Positions 62,780-64,000 of a DNA stretch of 64,000 nt are shown piece after piece. The notes under the pieces were generated by a model. The model saw only the letters and a program-made list of their open reading frames with translations, had not been told where the DNA came from and did no database searches. How positions within the stretch are numbered: position 1 is the stretch's first letter; each line of letters begins with the position of its first letter. This DNA comes from Schmidtea polychroa (Eukaryota). The position numbers and the translations under genes are program-made. The stretch spans positions 72,478,001 to 72,542,000 of the forward strand of contig CM097887.1 in assembly GCA_044892525.1 (NCBI GenBank). Direction: 5' to 3'.

Positions 62780-64000
62780 TTACATCCTGTCGCGTATCTC
62801 TTTCTGGTATGTCACATCTCTTGTTCGGAATTCGTCCATTGGCAATATTCTAATTATTTGATGATTATCCCACATTCCCATTTCGCTTAACGAGGTGTCG
62901 TCCTCAGCCCGTAATATTATTTTGTCGTATATCATGACTACATTATCTATCATACCATCGCTACTCTCGCTTCGCACCTTTTCTGTTATCTCTTGGTTTA
63001 TCTTTGATACTAAGTCATCCACCGTACTTTGATTACTCATTTTTATTCGTCGTTTCTCCTCGTTTGGTAACCATATGGTTATTTCCAATCTCTGCGGTTG
63101 CGTTTCTTTTATTCTTCCATATTTGTGGATCAAATTTATGGTTCTCCAATCGCTCATTCTGAGCAATTCTGTATCTCGTAATCGGCTCATTAGTTCATGC
63201 ATAGCTGGAGTTCGTTTTGCTATGAGCAAATCCCAGTTGTCTTCAACTTGTTCTTGGATTTGTTTGATTAATTTATCTAGATTTCGTCGCAAAGTACATT
63301 GTTTTATTTGTTCTAATTTTAGCTTGATATTAAAATCGTATTCGGCCTTGGCGTCCTTCGCCCATTCGTAAACGTTGGCTGGTTGTTTCTCTTTATGCAA
63401 CTTCAATATTTGAGTTTCCCCTGGCCAGATCAATGCATCTATTAGGTGCATGTCTGGTTTAATTTGTTCTCCTTGGTATTGATATAGATACTCTTTCTTT
63501 CTCGAGCTGCCCCAATGTTCTCTTATCCAATCAAAAAGCTCGTCTGTGACTGTACTTTTTATCCATATTCTCTCGAGCTCTTTACTCGTTCCGATTTTTA
63601 TTACATAGCGTGTTGTCTCCGCTTGTTTCATTTTTTCCATATACTTCTTTATTATCGTTTTCTCCTCGCTTGGTATCAAGTCTTTTTCGTTTCTTTCTAG
63701 TTTCATTATCTTTTGTAAGAAGCGTTTATATGGTATAAGGTCGATGAACTCCTGGTTTCTTACTACCACTGGAAGTATTTCCTTTACTTGTTTTATCGCT
63801 TCCTCTCTTTCTTTTCTCAATTTCATCTCGATATTCTCATCTTCACTTTCACTTGTCACGTCGCTTTCACTCTCGTCTTCATCTGCTCCGATCTTCTCTC
63901 TTAGTTGTTCGATATTTTCATTTAACTGCAATGTTTCTCCACCCAGGCTACTCACGTAGTCCTCATCGTCATCTGTTGACAATACCTTCTTTGTCGTCCT
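62780..64000 (-). CDS. Polyprotein segment with acidic repeat and two ubiquitin-like domains; open to the window edge
   Basis: ESESDVTSESE; Ubl1 ...YQYQGEQIKPDMHLIDALIWPGETQIL (about 63395-63610); Ubl2 LEITIWLPNEEKRRIKMSNQSTVDDLVSKI...MIYDKIILRAEDDTSLSEMGM (about 62843-63091). The frame stays open for about 60 codons past the TAA at 62780. Confidence 0.7.
   Translation of the reverse strand, partial: RTTKKVLSTDDDEDYVSSLGGETLQLNENIEQLREKIGADEDESESDVTSESEDENIEMKLRKEREEAIKQVKEILPVVVRNQEFIDLIPYKRFLQKIMKLERNEKDLIPSEEKTIIKKYMEKMKQAETTRYVIKIGTSKELERIWIKSTVTDELFDWIREHWGSSRKKEYLYQYQGEQIKPDMHLIDALIWPGETQILKLHKEKQPANVYEWAKDAKAEYDFNIKLKLEQIKQCTLRRNLDKLIKQIQEQVEDNWDLLIAKRTPAMHELMSRLRDTELLRMSDWRTINLIHKYGRIKETQPQRLEITIWLPNEEKRRIKMSNQSTVDDLVSKINQEITEKVRSESSDGMIDNVVMIYDKIILRAEDDTSLSEMGMWDNHQIIRILPMDEFRTRDVTYQKEIRDRM

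Larger units (their letters stand above)
47441..64000 (-). mobile_element. Giant Ty3/gypsy-type (Metaviridae-like) env-bearing retroelement with accessory genes; 5' part outside the window
   Basis: Continuous ORF-dense, intronless block, A-rich on the minus strand and less AT-rich than the flanks. Contains PR-RT-RH-INT in gypsy order, plus glycoprotein, ankyrin, TRAF and Ubl ORFs. Possible terminus ...TCTCACA at 47441. Confidence 0.9.

Noticed and set aside
47679-63959. Many plus-strand ORFs rich in F/S/L overlapping the giant element
   Set aside because: They are antisense shadows of A-rich, E/K-rich minus-strand coding sequence, with no domain motifs.
47441-64000. Polinton/Maverick or endogenous DNA virus interpretation of the gene-rich block
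   Set aside because: No pPolB, packaging ATPase or jelly-roll capsid motifs seen; the integrase is part of a PR-RT-RH-INT gypsy pol.

Overview
AT-rich eukaryotic (animal-like) genomic DNA with spliceosomal introns; it is not prokaryotic. The composition and element types would fit a flatworm/planarian, but the host is not provable from the sequence. Host genes are SNRNP40 (3 exons), the 5' part of a cytoplasmic dynein intermediate chain gene (6 exons) and a probable orphan multi-exon gene. They lie among decayed Ty3/gypsy, Tigger/pogo, mariner, piggyBac, hAT-MITE and Penelope-like fragments. The main feature is the minus-strand element from about 47.4 kb to beyond the window end (over 16.5 kb), located downstream of the last visible dynein IC exon and presumably intronic. 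It is a giant Ty3/gypsy-type retroelement whose fragmented ORFs rejoin, after a few small lesions, into a polyprotein: 3x ubiquitin-like, Bcl-2-like, gB/chuvirus-type (class III) envelope glycoprotein with TM, protease, RT, RNase H, integrase, ankyrin, ankyrin, second membrane protein. Downstream is an intronless cassette with a full-length TRAF (RING-ZnF-coiled coil-MATH) and coiled-coil ORFs. Domain calls come from motif recognition by eye; no database searches were run.
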